From Diadema antillarum (Eukaryota): a stretch of 64,000 nt of DNA. Location of the stretch: NCBI RefSeq assembly GCF_040938485.1, contig NW_027271598.1, forward strand, positions 1,612,001 to 1,676,000. The letters run 5' to 3'. Of the stretch, positions 24,842-40,706 are shown one piece after another. Position 1 is the stretch's first letter. Every line of letters begins with the position of its first letter. Position numbers and translations under genes: made by a program. The notes under the pieces were generated by a model, which was not told the origin of the DNA, made no database searches, and saw only the letters and a program-made list of their open reading frames with translations.

Positions 24842-27674
24842 TTATTTATATATTCTCGTGGTGATCATATACAATTTTCATAAACAAGTAAGATGTGTCA
24901 AACTTCAAAACATTTAATGACTTTAGGATTTTGACCGCAGGTAGTTAAGGAATCGACACAATTTCCAGGTGCAAGTTTGGATTCAGTCAAGCATGTAAGA
25001 GATTAATTTTTTTTTTTGACAAGTGTCAATTCTACATGTAGTGCTAATAACATGCTTCACAAAAAATAACATATTAGTAGTTTTTAAACATTGCAAAATG
25101 AACCCAAGGTAGTTTTTACATTTTGAATAGATACTAAATTATTCCTCTTCATCCATATCATCTTAAGATGCAGTTTGATCAGGTTTGATGTCTGTGACCT
25201 TGTCAGGGTTTCCTGGAGGAGGATCACATAATATATGAAATATATGAAATCAAATCATCAAATCAAAATCACATATAATCAAAACTTGTAGAAGCTAACC
25301 CTAGCACTCTTACTGTGCATACACATGCATACAGGGAGGGAGATAGACAGAGAGAGAGAGAGAGAGAGAGACAAATAAGAAAAGGAGATAGAGAGTGAAG
25401 GAGAGAGATAGAGCGAGAGGGAGTCCTTTACAGCACATTAAACAACACGTAAAGAGGAACACAATTTGTGATTGGGCCGATCTTTTATTCGAAGTCTCAC
25501 AGACAACACAGAAATTGCTGATTTAGTAACATTCATACAGAATGTCTCAGTATTGATTATTTACATCTAGTTAAGGGTAGAGCTTATAATTGGGAGCAGC
25601 GATGTTCGAGTTATTACATTTGTTGCATAATTATGTGTAGGTCAGTTGCATCACAAAACATCCTACTATATGAAATTTTTGCAAAAACCCCCTAAAATAT
25701 AAGGAGATATCACTATTTTTCTCACTTAACCATAACTGTGGACGGTTTAGTCTAGAAACACTTTTATTATAACTGTTGTTCATATTTTGTATATCTAACA
25801 TTAAACAATATGTAACATTGATTATCCTGATTAATTTTTTACATTAGTGGTTTCTATCCCTAACTCACATTTTAAAACTATTTTGAAGCACTAAAGCTGA
25901 GTTTTTGTTTCATCTGCAGATGTGGTATAGGGCCTAAATAATGCCTTTAATGTATATCATGCACTCACGTCTTTTCTCTGCGCGTATGATGTACTCCATT
26001 TGCCAAGAATTGGCATATTTACCCTTTATCTACGTAATGTTATCATCAATTTATCTGCATCATACAAAAATGAAAGCAATGGTAACTCTGAACTGATTTA
26101 AGACTGATTAATCGGTTTGAATAATGCTGCAAACAAATTCCAAGAAACAAAACAAACAACCACAAATTGATTAAAACATTCATTTCATGAAGTCAAGCTG
26201 TAAGTTTTCGTGATAATCGGATCGGCGACCTTGTGCCCATCTCCGCATGATCGCCATCGGATGGGACGTCGTCTAAAAATCGAGACAATTTTGTTTGCAG
26301 CCTTTAATACGGTTTCTATAAAAAGCTTCCCTCTATACCATTTCCCCTTGTCTCCTCCATTCTCATCGCGCAGAGTAATACATGAGCTTTGTTGACCCGC
26401 GGGCCGACGGCAGACTCGGGTCTCCATTCCATAAATCTCATTACAATGATTATTGTTATGTTACAATGATGGTTCTTTCAATGGCAGCAGTCATGCAGTA
26501 ACCAATCAGATATGAGTATTCGGGTTATTCGTCATGGTAACTGCAATCACAGCAGCCTTTGATTATGGCAAACCCACCAGACTTCATTACAATGTCATGT
26601 ATCAATTTCGCGCACCTATTATATTCGCCCAGGGATTTTCATAATTTCCCGTAGGTGCCTCCTACTAGAGCAACCTGTAGATTTTCGTTCTATCAAGGGG
26701 GTACTAGGCGAGTCTAGCACCTCACCCTACTTTCTGGTTGCCCTGTACGGAGTCCATGAGCAATGAGCATCTAGACCCTTTTGACTGACATGTTGTAACA
26801 TACACATCTAATAGCAGGCAACATTTTTTTTATCATTTACAATGTTTTAAAGCTTACATACTGAGTCCATTCAGCTTTGTCACTATCTACAGCCTAATGT
26901 GCAGACAATTTTGTTTGATCCTCCTACATCCACTAATAAAGATTCCATTATTGGCAAATACCGTAGGGCCTACATTTTAAAGTAAAAAGAGAGATATAAA
27001 GAGAGAATACATCAGGCACATGACTTCCACCAAGCTTTTCTCAACTTTTCTGCAGAAAAAAAAAAGTAAGCTCATGCACATTTACACTTACATTTTCATG
27101 CCGTTGCGCAGACTACACATTTTGTATTTCGCACTTCACCCCTACACCTCGATTTCTATTAACCATGACGTACTACAAACATGAGCCTTGTTTGATGAAA
27201 CAACATACATGTACAATACAATTCAATACAATTGAATCATTTATATAGCGCTCTTACACGGTCAAGGAATGGTTTCACAGCACTTCACAACAAAATTCAG
27301 TCACAGATTATTATTATAAAGGAATGACAATAAAAAAAGCTTTTGGTGTCACCATATTATTCATTAAACACAACACATTTCGATCTTCAAGAATAATGGT
27401 TACATTTCATTCCATCATTATGATGATCTTTCCAGAAGGATCGATTGGCTGCCTCACAGAGAAGCACAGTTTCTGCTCTGTTTTCGGGGGGGGGGGGGGT
27501 GGAAAGAATAGTCTACTGCGCATGAATGCTTCATCTCATGCATTTAATTAGCCGTCGTTCATCTTGTTTATAACAATGATTGATTCAAGAATTACTCATT
27601 ACATGATTATTTTCTGAGACAAACCCTGCCCCTAAATAGAAGGTAAAAATGAAATGAAAAAAATGAAAACATTT

Positions 27675-30299
27675 TCACTTGTAAAGACCAGACAAAAAAT
27701 CTTTGATGTAATCCCCAACTTCAATGGGCGAATCCTCCTGAATGAAATGCAGTCCAGCCGCATCAACAACTTTCTGATTGGGCCAGTGCTCAGTGGTTTT
27801 CTTGACGCTCGGGCCAAAGAGACCAGATAGGACATTGATGAACAACTTGGGGAGATTTGCAGACTCACTCAGCCAGGCGTAATAAGCTGCAGCAGCTGCA
27901 ATGACATCCTCGGGACCATCTCCAATGATGGGGATCTGCCTTGCAAACGTCAGGGTTGGGCGTCTGTCTTCTCCTGGGTTCTTGAAGGGCTCCACGTAGG
28001 CCTCCTTCTCCTCCTTCCTAAGCTCCCGCTTGATAAGGCGAGGCATGAGTACTTCCACAAAGGCATTCTTCTGGAGAACCATCTCCTCCCCTTCGTCGGT
28101 GCGGAACACCTTGAAATCGGCATCGGGAAATTCCTCCCAACCGTGATAAGGAGCGACGAGGCTTTCAATGTGAACAAGGGCGTCCAGACGATCACGATGT
28201 TCATTGCTCCAATGGAAGCCCAGTATGGAGCCCCAGTCATGGCAAACGATGCTGATCTGTATACAGAGAAAGCAGACTTAAATGGAGCTACATGTAGTAG
28301 TTTTGGTTGAGACCTAACTTCAGGTTTCTAATATTTTTGGGTGAAATAATGAGAAATATCTAATGAATATGAAAAGGCATGTAATTCCGAGAGGGATTCA
28401 ACGTTTATTTGATGGAAATCGGTTTTGAAATGGCTGAGATATCAACAACAAAAAAGAGCATTCCTAATAAAAAGCTGGACCAATCTTTTATTCCTGGTCG
28501 GTTTGTTTTACTTTGTTTTTGGATGTTTCAGTCATTCCAAACCCGATTTTCATCAAATAAACTCTGAATTCCTCTGAAAATGGTATGCTCTGTATACTAT
28601 TTCGTAAGTGGTTTCTTGGTACCTCACAAAAAGTTGAAAGCCCAATTCTCATCTCCACCAACCCCTTTATTCAATTACAACCTCAGTTAGCACATTTTAA
28701 TTGCCCACCTTGCATTGCCAGTGGATTCTGTCTATTTTTCATCTGAAGTTGAAATAATGACGGACAACTTCGTTTACATTTTCATTAATTTTAACTCTTA
28801 ACCCACAAGCACGAATATTCTCATTGTCCTAACACGAATAAGAGTTATTTCATACAATAAGGATAATTCTTTCAGTATTTTTTTCCACATAATTATTTAT
28901 CTGAATCAGATCTTTTTCTTTCCCGTTTCTTCATCACCTCTCTGGTTAAGGCACAATTTATTCTAGACCAGAAATAACTAGATTTGTTTTAGCTCATTTT
29001 TGCAAAACACTTCTCGGGAACAGTTCTCGAACAGTAAATATGCATATATGCAAATGTATGAGATCGCGATGTCATCACCTCAAAGTTTTCTTCTGCTTAT
29101 GTGCAAAACAAACAACTTCAAAATAGCCCTACTTGATATTATATATACATTTCCATAAAAATATGGTTATGAATGAGTTGATGATTTCATGGCCTCAAAA
29201 CTATAATAGTGATCAGTAAGAAATATAAATATAATTTTGAATAAAACAAGCTGGAATCAGTTCTTGTCTACAAAATATGTGACAAGTTTTGAGGCCATGA
29301 AATCATCAACTCATTCATTTCCATATTCATATTGACTATTCGAGAACTTTACTTGTGTAAATCTGTGAAAATTCAGAATACTGTGAATTTCCTAATTTCA
29401 TTTCCTGTTGATCAAATTTTCAGTTGTGCCCTTAAAGCTTATCTATTTCTTTTCAGACATGCTATTCTGAGCTGTATTATGAACTGGTAACTCAAAAAGG
29501 GCAAGAGGTATAATGAACTCACAAAAAGATGCATAAACAAGTAAGATCTCTAACATGTGTAGGGAGCTACTGTTTGTGATAACACAAGAGTAGGAATTCA
29601 CACAGTGAACGACAATTTTTTTTAAACAAGATATATTAGGGTAAAGGATACAAAAATTAACATATTTATCGTAGTAAGTGCTTTGAGCCATGGTTTATGT
29701 ATTACGATATAGTGCCGATTTTACATTATAATATACGTACTACTACAGTACTTACAATCTCAGCTTCGGGGAGGATCAACCGCCTAACTCACACATTAAC
29801 GAAAGCTAACAAAGAACGAGAGAGAAAATATTATGGAAAAAACGAAACAGCATTTTGAAGAAAAAAAAAAATCACGTTAGTGCTCACTGTTCATTTGTGT
29901 TTAAAAAAGTAACCAAACATTCCCTTAAGGAGGCCTACACACCTTTTTAGGCAGATTAAGCTTGTCAAACCAGGCAGACAGGAATCTATAGTGATCGACG
30001 AAGCGATACGACAGGCTTGCGAGCTTGTTGGATCTGCCCATGCCGATTAGGTCGGGAGCTAGACAACGAGCAATAGGCTGAACTTGAGGTACGACGTTCC
30101 TCCAGAGGTACGACGAGGTCGGGTTCCCGTGGAGAAACACGACTGCTCGATCACTATCGCGCTGATCGGGGTCGGAGTCGTAGTACGACATCTGTTCTCC
30201 CAAGACGTCCAATTTTTTGCATTTCCCCCACCATTCGTCTGCTGTCACTATTGGTACTGTGGACTGTTGCTGTGCTGGCGCTCCGTCTGAGGAAGACAT
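27675..30299 (-). CDS. Renilla luciferase-like / haloalkane dehalogenase, copy B; exon 1 30299-29943, exon 2 28256-27675; 312 aa
   Basis: Same motifs and GT-AG intron as copy A. No amino-acid difference seen; one synonymous AAC>AAT change in exon 1. Confidence 0.95.
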
Positions 30300-33200
30300 G
30301 TCTGACGTAACATTTAAAACCTATGAAAATTGAACGAAAATTGTCAACTTTTCGTGTGTAAGACGATGGTTTGTCGTTAGGATGTAGATGTGATTTTGTG
30401 TCCTCCACCTGCGCTCATAGATCAGTCGCATCCCTTGCCTGGTGTACTAATGTTCCCTGGCCTCTGAGAGCGGAAGGGGTTATTTTGTTCCACCAAGCAT
30501 AATATGTGAATTACAAGCTTAAATAGTCCGAGAAAGCCCGTTATACGAGTGCATCGTTGCGCGACAGCGTGTACCCTGGGCATCCCAAGTTTAATGGAGC
30601 GGCCATCCAGGTATCATGTTTAATCTAAAAAGTAAAAAAAAAAAAAAGTAAGCCATGTAACATTATTCACTTCAAAAAAGATGATTCAGGGAAATGTTTG
30701 TTAGCTGATTTTTTAAGCCCCTGGAAGAAAAGTCTTTCATTCCCAGACTGCAGAATCTGCTGCTGTAGTAGGTCTACTGCTCATCCTTGCTGATCTTTAG
30801 TTGTTGTTTTTTCCAACATTATCAGTAACTTTGTGATTTTCTGTAAGTACTAGTGGCAACATTGTCATTAATGTCATCCTTATTATATCCTGGGGGGGGG
30901 GGGGAGTAGTCGTCCTTCAGTCTATAATAATCTATTCAATTTCATCCCGATTCAAGTCAAGAGTTCTCATTATCCGACTTCACTTTAAAGTAAATCTATA
31001 ACGGCCTTCATGAACTTTACGCCTATATGGCATATTTTGGGCAAGACTCTTTAGCCGTCTCACGTAGGGCTTCAATAATTTTATGTCCCTGATTACGGGC
31101 TTTACTTTTTATTTGATTTTCCACTTTGATTCAGGCTGTCCATTTAAAAGAATATTCCAGCGCCAGAGCATTGTCAGGTACCCATCACCATGAAAATACA
31201 GTGATATGAAAATGCTTGCGTATCAATAAGCTATCATCTGAGAAAGACCCATCAAATCAACCCAAGGAGACATGATTATAATGGGAGTGGTCGACAAGGC
31301 TTCAGGAGTTGTTGGTCAAAGAGATGGATCCCATACTAATGAGGCCCCAACAAGTAAAATGACATTCGGTTCTCCTACAAGAATACTACAGCATAGATAG
31401 GCCTACATTATCTACATACTCTCCACTTCGTTGAGATCGGAAACATCAGAATCGTATATCATTCAAGAAATACTGTCACTGAGGCTGTTACTTATCTTTT
31501 AAAATCCCCTCCCCGTTCATCCTCAGTAACGACCAGCTCAGTGACTTGAAGAACAGCGAGATGTTCGTTGGCCGGCAAAGTAGTTGACAACTGTTCGATG
31601 GATGTTTTGTTTGGTTTTGGTGTTCTTGTTTTTTGGGTTTTTTTTTGTCCCCGCCGAACGAGTTCGAGCAGGGACTATGAAACGGGCTCCGTACGTGTGT
31701 GTGTCCGTGTGTGTGTATGTGTGTGCGTCCGTGTGTGATCAAAATATTCAATTTGCTACTTCTCTGTCATTTATGAGCCAATTTTGATTCTGTTTGCTTT
31801 ATATGATAACACTACATGGGAGCTTTGAAACTTCTACACAGAATTTCAGTTGTGACCTTTGACCTTGACCTTTGACCTTTCCGACATTTTGCTACAAAAT
31901 GCTACTCCTTCGCCATTTCTAACCCGATTTCGATTCCGTTTGCTTTATGTGATGGCACTAGGTGAGGGCTTCAAAACTTCTGCACAGAATTTTGACCTTT
32001 GACCTTGATTTTTGACCTGTGTTGTACATTTTGCTACAAAATGCTACTCCTTTGCCATTTCTAACCCGATTTCGATTCCGTTTGCTTTATGTGATGGCAC
32101 TAGGTGAGGGCTTCAAAACTTCTACACAGAATTTTGACCTTTGACTCCTTTGACCTTTGACCTTGATTTTTTACCTACATTGTACATTTTGCTACAAAAT
32201 GCTACTTCCGGCGGGGACATTATATTACGCACCACGTAATTTCTACTTTCCTTATTGTTTTTTATTTGTTTTTTGTTTTTTGTGTTTTTTTTTTTGCAAC
32301 GATTTCCTGGTTTGAAGCAGCAAACACTGTTTTCGCACATACCATCGACACAAACGAAGGTACATGCAGTGATCTTTTCTGAGAGGCTGCCTGTTTTGGG
32401 ACTTTCCAGGGTTGCGTGCATGACCCGAGGAGCTCGGGGCGTTCTTTCTCTCGGTACGAGGGCAAAGGCCAGACGTAGGCACCAGGCACGTTTGGTTACC
32501 ATTGCATTGTGTCAGACCAGGGATGTGAGACCAAAGTTCTGTGGGGGAGACACCTCCCTGGTATGACGCACCAACCTGCACACCAATTTGCACGAAAGCC
32601 ATACACCTCCCTGACCTGACCTCCTCCTCAACTCTAAACCGTCAGAGTATTATAGAGTACGGCATCTTTTTATTAACTCTCCTCACACCGACTGACCTCC
32701 CTTGCCTGCAGAGGTTCATATCATCAGCAAAGGCAATCCAGAAGCTCTAAATATTCCAGTCTTTTCAATAGAATTCTCGATAGTCATTTCAGTTGAAATA
32801 AATGTGCATGTTTACTACAGAGGGCCATGAGACAGCGGCTGATGAGACTGGATAACTTCTGAAAATAGCATCGCCAAGATCGTGCACACTTTAATGGCTG
32901 AGTAGAGCATCATTACTACTTCATTTTATTCTAGCTGAGATGTTAGATCCTGAAATCTTTCATAATGATTCGATTAAGCTGGCTGGCTACATTATTGATA
33001 GGTTGCTAGGAGTGATAAATCTCAGTGAGAGTACGTGCGCGCTCAAATAAACAGCAGTTACACAGCAAAAGTGTTGCTTCAAAATGGCAAATCATTCTCG
33101 TTAGTGTGATCTTGTGTGATACAATTATTGCACTGCTAAGCAACGAAACTCAAGTAGGTAACAGATACGAACAATTCTTCAGTGGACCAACAATAAAAGG

Positions 33201-36200
33201 AATCGACTGACACCTTTCATGGAAGATCTACGCAAATAAAATATTCGATCTCAATGAAACCCTGGACCCAAATATTTTCATGAAGGGCACACGGGAAAAA
33301 CGCGTACCTTTCCGTCGTATACCATCATTTTCTCTGTAGAAACCATGGTGTAAAACCCCCGGTCGCAAAGCGCTTTACGGCTTATGCACGGCCAAAACAC
33401 GTCAAAAAGTGGTCTCCCGTGAAGCAGACGATGTTGTTCGCGTTGATGTTAAGTTTAAGGCGAGCTACGGTAGATTTATAGACTGGCAGGACGCGGGGGA
33501 AATTCTGAACAGCGTCGGACGCGGTAAAAAGTTTTGATCTGCTCAAAATTTTATTCCGCGGACAACCACGGGAGGCACACGTGGTAAAGACGTGCAAACA
33601 CACGTGAAACACACGTGATGATCCGTGTTCCGGCAGTGATTAAAACTTGGGGAGACGCGGTAAAGACGCGAAAGTTTAGCGATCTGTCACGGGCAGAGCA
33701 CGGTCATCTGACTCCTGTTACGCGTTGGTATCACGGGAAATAGCGTGTGTTTAGCGGCCTATCGCTGACAAATGGATTTTTCCCGCGTACACACACGTGG
33801 CTGGACGTGGTCAGCCGTGCCTAGGTAGTGCTTCAGCAGTGGAACAGTCACCCAACGGCCATACCCCGTATAAAGCACGACCAAACTAAAATTGACCAAA
33901 AACTTACCACTTACTACCACGTCCACCAAATTGTCATAACTTTTTGTACGTGATTTGGACGTGGAGTGCCGTGGGAGGGGGACACCCACATCTCCCACTC
34001 GCTCACTCTTATCGCTCTTGCTTGGCCGCGTTCATGATATTCAGTGTAAATATTAAAACAGGAAGTTTATTTGGATGATACTATTTTTACGGGCAAATTG
34101 TTCATTAATAATCTACATCAAAATTTACTGCTACCTTAAACAAGTGGGACTGTTTCAAGTCGATAAAACAAGCAAAACATGCATCAAATTGCACCACTCT
34201 ACAACATCAAAATGCAATTTCAGTTCTAAGAGTGGGAGGTGGGGGGGGGTGGACAACAGGTACTTCTACATCCTCCTCCCCCCCCCCCCCCAAAGATAAA
34301 ATCCTAGCTACGTCGGTGCCCTTTCCCCCGCTTGGTTTCCCTCAAAAAAACAGTAAAAGTCTAGGGATTGAGAGCTTCCTATCATATTCCAAATGTCTGT
34401 CCAAAAAATCTCGTTACATTTTAGTGTCAAAACGCACCCCCATTGAAAAAAAAGCTGGTGACGCCCCCCTGCTTAGCCCTCCTTTACTACGTTCTTTTCT
34501 TCTTTTTTTTCCTCTTTCTCTCATTTCTTACCCCTGAGGGAAACAGTATATCATACCAACTTCACAATTGTCTAGATTCACTGGAAGAATGGTGCCTCCG
34601 AAAGCTTTAGTAATGTTGAAACAAGAGTTGTATGTGATTTATATATAACTATATAGTTTTACAGATAATCGGTGTAAACGGCAATCACTTGAACCTGTAA
34701 TGTTGTTCTCTTTCCAATCCACATTATTGTTTTGTATACATGATTTCTCTCACTATTAGAGAGTGAGATGTGTTTATGTTATTGTCGAAAAACGGAAATA
34801 AGTTTGATTTTGAATTGAACTGAAAGTCAAAGTGGTTGACAGATATGGACAAATCTTCAGTGGACCAACAGACCGACACTTTCTATGGTAGATCCACGCA
34901 AATAAAATGTTAGATCTCACTGAAATCACCGGAGGCAAAAAAAAAAAAAAAAAAAAAAAATCATGTCGGGTCACAAATGGAGGAACGCGTACAGAAAAGT
35001 CGTACCACCATTTTCTTCTGGAAACCATGGCAAAAGCAATTTAGAGAAGATATTCGAACTTTATTGAAATTCGTCTTTAGAAACCTGGAATATGCCGCAC
35101 GATGGAAGAAAAAAAAAATCTTGAGTACAGTAATAATCATAAGTGTTTCAGAAAAAATGGTGTCTATTTGGACACCCGTATTCTTGATGTGTATGGCAAT
35201 AATAAATGATGGTCTGAGTCACATTTCATTGCCTGTTTTCAAAGTGCTTTGTTAGAAGTAGTATGATGTATTATGTGTTTAGATAACGTATTGTTGGATT
35301 TAGAATGATAAATATCCCACTGGAAAAATGCACACACAAAAGAAGGACAAACACACAAACACACACATACAACATACATACACAAACATAGTGTGTAAAC
35401 CACCGTAGAGATGTAGAGAGAGAGAGAGGGGGGGGGGGGAATGCTTTACAGCTTATTCCAGAATGTTATACCTTTCACAGAGAAGAAAGAACAGCAACCC
35501 AATTTGGTAAATTGACATACGGGTCCTGTTGCATAAAATTTACTATTATGGTAACTTTGGCATCATGGTAACTTCCATGGAATTCTTGATTTTGATTGGC
35601 TGTTGAGTATTGTTGCCATGGTAGTTACAATTGGATGGCAAAGTTAACCATAATATTAATTTTTATGCAACATGCCCCAGATGTTATATATATTGTATTA
35701 TACAACACCTCAGAATGATGTCGAATTGTGATTGGCCAAGAACATGTCACATGACATTCAATAGAAAATACCTACCAAACTCATTGAGAGTGACAGTCCA
35801 TACAATAGGCACCCTGGCATGGGCCTATTGCACGGCTCGAAGGTACTATAGCACGGCTTCGTGGGGGGCTACTAATGCATGGCCGCTCACAGAGTTCTGT
35901 GTGCTCACAGCAGCAATAAAAGCGCCAGCAAACTACATTGTAGGGTGGAACATCCTATTACCGGACGCTTTCTTTGTGGCTTTGAATTCCGTACTCATAG
36001 AATGAAATTTCGGCTAAAAACAACACCACTTATTCACAGACTCATGGAAATTACGAATTCAGCCAACTTACGTCATTTCTTCGTTCCAGTTTTTAGAAAA
36101 TATGCTTCAAACATACCCCTCTAAAAATAGTGGTTTTTTGCGCCGTGCAAAATCGCATTGTATTACCGGACGCTATTTTCGTAATCGAATAATCGAGGTC

Positions 36201-37828
36201 TGTTCGCACCTAATCCTTGCACCAGAATCACAATTCATCCCACAAATCACCGTACACATTCTCACCGAGCGGATGACACACACAAAAAAATCTGCAAATG
36301 AAGCTCAAATTTCGTATTTTACAGTAAAATGTCTGTCTTGACCATTTCGAACAGTTCACGCAATAAAACCTTGTGAGAAATCGACAACTGGTTAGAGTAT
36401 ACGTGCTTGCTTGTCTATGGGAGCTGCACGCGCGGGCGATGAGTTGCGTGCCCCTTGGCGCACAACTATTCCGCATCGTTAGCGTTTGAGGACGATAGCT
36501 ACAAATTTCCGATATTGATCAGTGAACTTTTGGTTCTAATAGAATCTTCAGCATTTTTCCTGTATGTGAGTGGGATTTCATGGAATTTCAGTTTCAGTTT
36601 ATAAACGAGGTGCGGGTCACTCAACTATAAATTTGAGGTAAAATGTGAATTTTTTTCGTGTTTTTACATTTTTATGTGGCGTTTTTTGCGATTTCGGTCC
36701 ACACAAAGTTCTGTGAGGCTAATCTACGAAGTCTCGCGCGTACAGAATGTCATTAGTACGCAAAAATGTGCGTGTCCGGTAATACCATGGTGTCCGGTGA
36801 CACCATGCTTGCCCCTACGTGCTGGCCGGCTGCGCTGCGATGCGCTGCCGGTAAACAGACCAGTCGCGGCGGAGTACTGCAACGTTAACGTGTACGCGCA
36901 GCTACTTTACCTAGCTAGTTGCATGTATTGCGGCCTACCTACTGCTGTGTTTTTAGTTTTGACTCTGATCTGCTTTGTGGACCACAGTGATCCCAAAATC
37001 AAGACTTCATTTGAAGTTGAGAAACCGTGATTTGATTATTTTTCTGTGTTTTTATACAAATCATTTTCGGAAATAGAGAAAGTCTAGACCTACTACTAGA
37101 TCTACCGACATCTCAGGTAGGCTTAACAGTCAGGCCTAACTCGATCTAACGTTAGCGTAGAATGGGTATAGACCCTGCGGAGTTTGTGATTCCTGTGACT
37201 GTGTGGTCGAATCATGACGAGTGTTTGAAGCAGTACACAGGGTGGATTACAATTCTCGGCCTAATTGTTACATTTATTTTTGGGCCTTCCTGAGTTAGCG
37301 GTCACCAATTAGTACTGTGATTGTGGACAAGGTGTTGTATAAAACGAATAATTTATGATTTTGTTCGTGCATTGGGGCACGTAATACCGCACTCGGCGCG
37401 AGATTCGCCACTGGTCTATTCAACGCGGCGCTACGCGCCTTGTTGAATAGACCAGTGGCTTATCTCGCGCCTCGTGCGATATTCGTGCCTATGCACTCAC
37501 AACTCATAAATTATTCGTATAATATTGCAGTCCTTGAAATAAACACTGAAATTTGTTAACTTCCAAACATCACCTGGGATGACTCAGTATTGGACATTCA
37601 TTTTATACAGCATTGATAAGTGGCAATGTAATCACATTCTTTCTCTGTGATGTTTTTCATTAGGGCCTACTCAGTGATGGATATACAGTCTGTATTCATC
37701 TTCCAGATGATGTCATGGGCAAAATGGACCTTTATTTCTTCGCACTTTACTGCGGTTTTTTTTTAAATCTAAGACAAGAAATCAGTTTCCTCTAAACAAT
37801 TTTGGGAACAGAATGTGTACTTTATAAC

Positions 37829-37871
<43 letters not shown>

Positions 37872-40706
37872 TCGTGGTGATCATATACAATTTTCATAAA
37901 CAAGTAAGATGTGTCAAACTTCAAAACATTTAATGACTTTAGGATTTTGACCGCAGGTAGTTAAGGAATCGACACAATTTCCAGGTGCAAGTTTGGATTC
38001 AGTCAAGCATGTATGAGATTATTTTTTTTTTGACAAGTGTCAATTCTACATGTAGTGCTAATAACATGCTTCACAAAAAATAACATATTAGTAGTTTTTA
38101 AACATTGCAAAATGAACCCAAGGTAGTTTTTACATTTTGAATAGACACTAAATTATTCCTCTTCATCCATATCATCTTAAGATGCAGTTTGATCAGGTTT
38201 GATGTCTGTGACCTTGTCAGGGTTTCCTGGAGGAGGATCACATAATATATGAAATATATGAAATCAAATCATCAAATCAAAATCACATATAATCAAAACT
38301 TGTAGAAGCTAACCCTAGCACTCTTACTGTGCATACACATGCATACAGGGAGGGAGATAGACAGAGAGAGAGAGAGAGAGAGACAAATAAGAAAAGGAGA
38401 TAGATCAATATATTATATAGAGAGAGAGTGAAGGAGAGAGATAGAGCGAGAGGGAGTCCTTTACAGCACATTAAACAACACGTAAAGAGGAACACAATTT
38501 GTGTATTGGGCCGATCTTTTATTCGAAGTCTCACAGACAACACAGAAATTGCTGATTTAGTAACATTCATACAGAATGTCTCAGTATTGATTATTTACAT
38601 CTAGTTAAGGGTAGAGCTTATAATTGGGAGCAGCGATGTTCGAGTTATTACATTTGTTGCATAATTATGTGTAGGTCAGTTGCATCACAAAACATCCTAC
38701 TATATGAAATTTTTGCAAAAACCCCTAAAATATAAGGAGATATCACTATTTTTCTCACTTAACCATAACTGTGGACGGTTTAGTCTAGAAACACTTTTAT
38801 TATAACTGTTGTTCATATTTTGTATATCTAACATTAAACAATATGTAACATTGATTATCCTGATTAATTTTTTACATTAGTGGTTTCTATCCCTAACTCA
38901 CATTTTAAAACTATTTTGAAGCACTAAAGCTGAGTTTTTGTTTCATCTGCAGATGTGGTATAGGGCCTAAATAATGCCTTTAATGTATATCATGCACTCA
39001 CGTCTTTTCTCTGCGCGTATGATGTACTCCATTTGCCAAGAATTGGCATATTTACCCTTTATCTACGTAATGTTATCATCAATTTATCTGCATCATACAA
39101 AAATGAAAGCAATGGTAACTCTGAACTGATTTAAGACTGATTAATCGGTTTGAATAATGCTGCAAACAAATTCCAAGAAACAAAACAAACAACCACAAAT
39201 TGATTAAAACATTCATTTCATGAAGTCAAGCTGTAAGTTTTCGTGATAATCGGATCGGCGACCTTGTGCCCATCTCCGCATGATCGCCATCGGATGGGAC
39301 GTCGTCTAAAAATCGAGACAATTTTGTTTGCAGCCTTTAATACGGTTTCTATAAAAAGCTTCCCTCTATACCATTTCCCCTTGTCTCCTCCATTCTCATC
39401 GCGCAGAGTAATACATGAGCTTTGTTGACCCGCGGGCCGACGGCAGACTCGGGTCTCCATTCCATAAATCTCATTACAATGATTAATGTTATGTTACAAT
39501 GATGGTTCTTTCAATGGCAGCAGTCATGCAGTAACCAATCAGATATGAGTATTCGGGTTATTCGTCATGGTAACTGCAATCACAGCAGCCTTTGATTATG
39601 GCAAACCCACCAGACTTCATTACAATGTCATGTATCAATTTCGCGCACCTATTATATTCGCCCAGGGATTTTCATAATTTCCCGTAGGTGCCTCCTACTA
39701 GAGCAACCTGTAGATTTTCGTTCTATCAAGGGGGTACTAGGCGAGTCTAGCACCTCACCCTACTTTCTGGTTGCCCTGTACGGAGTCCATGAGCAATGAG
39801 CAATCTAGACCCTTTTGACTGACATGTTGTAACATACACATCTAATAGCAGGCAACAATTTTTTTTTTATCATTTACAATGTTTTAAAGCTTACATACTG
39901 AGTCCATTCAGCTTTGTCACTATCTACCAGCCTAATGTGCAGACAATTTTGTTTGATCCTCCTACATCCACTAATAAAGATTCCATTATTGGCAAATACC
40001 GTACATTTTAAAGTAAAAAGAGAGATATAAAGAGAGAATACATCAGGCACATGACTTCCACCAAGCTTTTCTCAACTTTTCTGCAGAAAAAAAAAGTAAG
40101 CTCATGCACATTTACACTTACATTTTCATGCCGTTGCGCAGACTACACATTTTGTATTTCGCACTTCACCCCTACACCTCGATTGCTATTAACCATGACG
40201 TACTACAAACATGAGCCTTGTTTGATGAAACAACATACATGTACAATACAATTCAATACAATTGAATCATTTATATAGCGCTCTTACACGGTCAAGGAAT
40301 GGTTTCACAGCACTTCACAACAAAATTCAGTCACAGATTATTATTATAAAGGAATGACAATAAAAAAAGCTTTTGGTGTCACCATATTATTCATTAAACA
40401 CAACACATTTCGATCTTCAAGAATAATGGTTACATTTCATTCCATCATTATGATGATCTTTCCAGAAGGATCGATTGGCTGCCTCACAGAGAAGCACAGT
40501 TTCTGCTCTGTTTTCGGGGGGGGGGGGGGGTGGAAAGAATAGTCTACTGCGCATGAATGCTTCATCTCATGCATTTAATTAGCCGTCGTTCATCTTGTTT
40601 ATAAACAATGATTGATTCAAGAATTACTCATTACATGATTATTTTCTGAGACAAACCCTGCCCCTAAATAGAAGGTAAAAATGAAATGAAAAAAATGACA
40701 ACATTT

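Larger units (their letters stand above)
13679..33969. repeat. Tandem unit B (20,291 bp including a 7.2-kb EnSpm insertion)
   Basis: Collinear with unit A on both sides of the 14685-21919 insertion. Confidence 0.95.

Noticed and set aside
33000-36600. Many 1-bp indels in this stretch as real divergence
   Set aside because: They fall mostly in homopolymers, the pattern of long-read consensus error, so I did not use them as evidence.
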